Shown: positions 63,924-64,000 of the stretch, one piece after another
Layout: every line of letters starts with the position of its first letter
Position numbering within the stretch: the stretch's first letter is position 1
Origin: an uncultured Candidatus Berkelbacteria bacterium
Lineage (GTDB): Bacteria; Patescibacteriota; UBA1384; XYA2-FULL-43-10; CAINNR01
DNA length: 64,000 nt
Reading direction: 5' to 3'
Assembly (NCBI GenBank): GCA_903851235.1
Contig: CAINNR010000015.1
Coordinates: 11,327-75,326, forward strand
Made by a program: the position numbers and the translations under genes
Notes under the pieces: model-generated
Seen by the model: only the letters and a program-made list of their open reading frames with translations
Told to the model about the DNA's origin: nothing
Databases searched by the model: none

Positions 63924-64000
63924 ACTGCTATGTTTTATATGTTTATACTTCCTCGCTTAGATCCCCAACCAAAAGATCATCAGAAGTTTATATCTCACCC

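Overview
Chromosomal replication-origin region of a small-genome bacterium using code 11. VirB2-like 'CPR pilins', a PrgI/VirB4/VirB6 locus, a short ValRS and a single Xer recombinase point to Patescibacteria/CPR; this taxonomy is an inference. Left to right: (1) a pilin cluster and a PilB/GspE ATPase; (2) an accessory zone anchored at tRNA-Ser(CGA), with MNT-HEPN, AbiE and RelE/Phd toxin-antitoxin modules, two GHKL+STAS pairs, an ECF sigma factor and a GH1 glycosidase; (3) the yidC-yidD-rnpA-rpmH / dnaA-oriC-dnaN-recF-dciA core, interrupted by two GC-rich single-gene inserts; (4) a 25-kb minus-strand monoderm-type T4SS-like locus with several cell-wall hydrolase domains and a 2414-aa repeat protein; (5) uppP, xer, murE, femX-like, tsaD, valS and dedA. 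Most notable: a duplicated structured small RNA with compensatory base changes, convergent on an RNase H/DUF3800-like ORF; a giant protein whose M15-like zinc site appears split by about 2000 residues; accessory modules bracketed by diverged copies of host sequence with no integrase inside; an outer-membrane beta-barrel-like gene inserted between rpmH and rnpA; an unannotated metallothionein-like gene; and DnaA boxes inside the dnaA coding sequence. All family calls come from reading motifs by eye; no database search was run.
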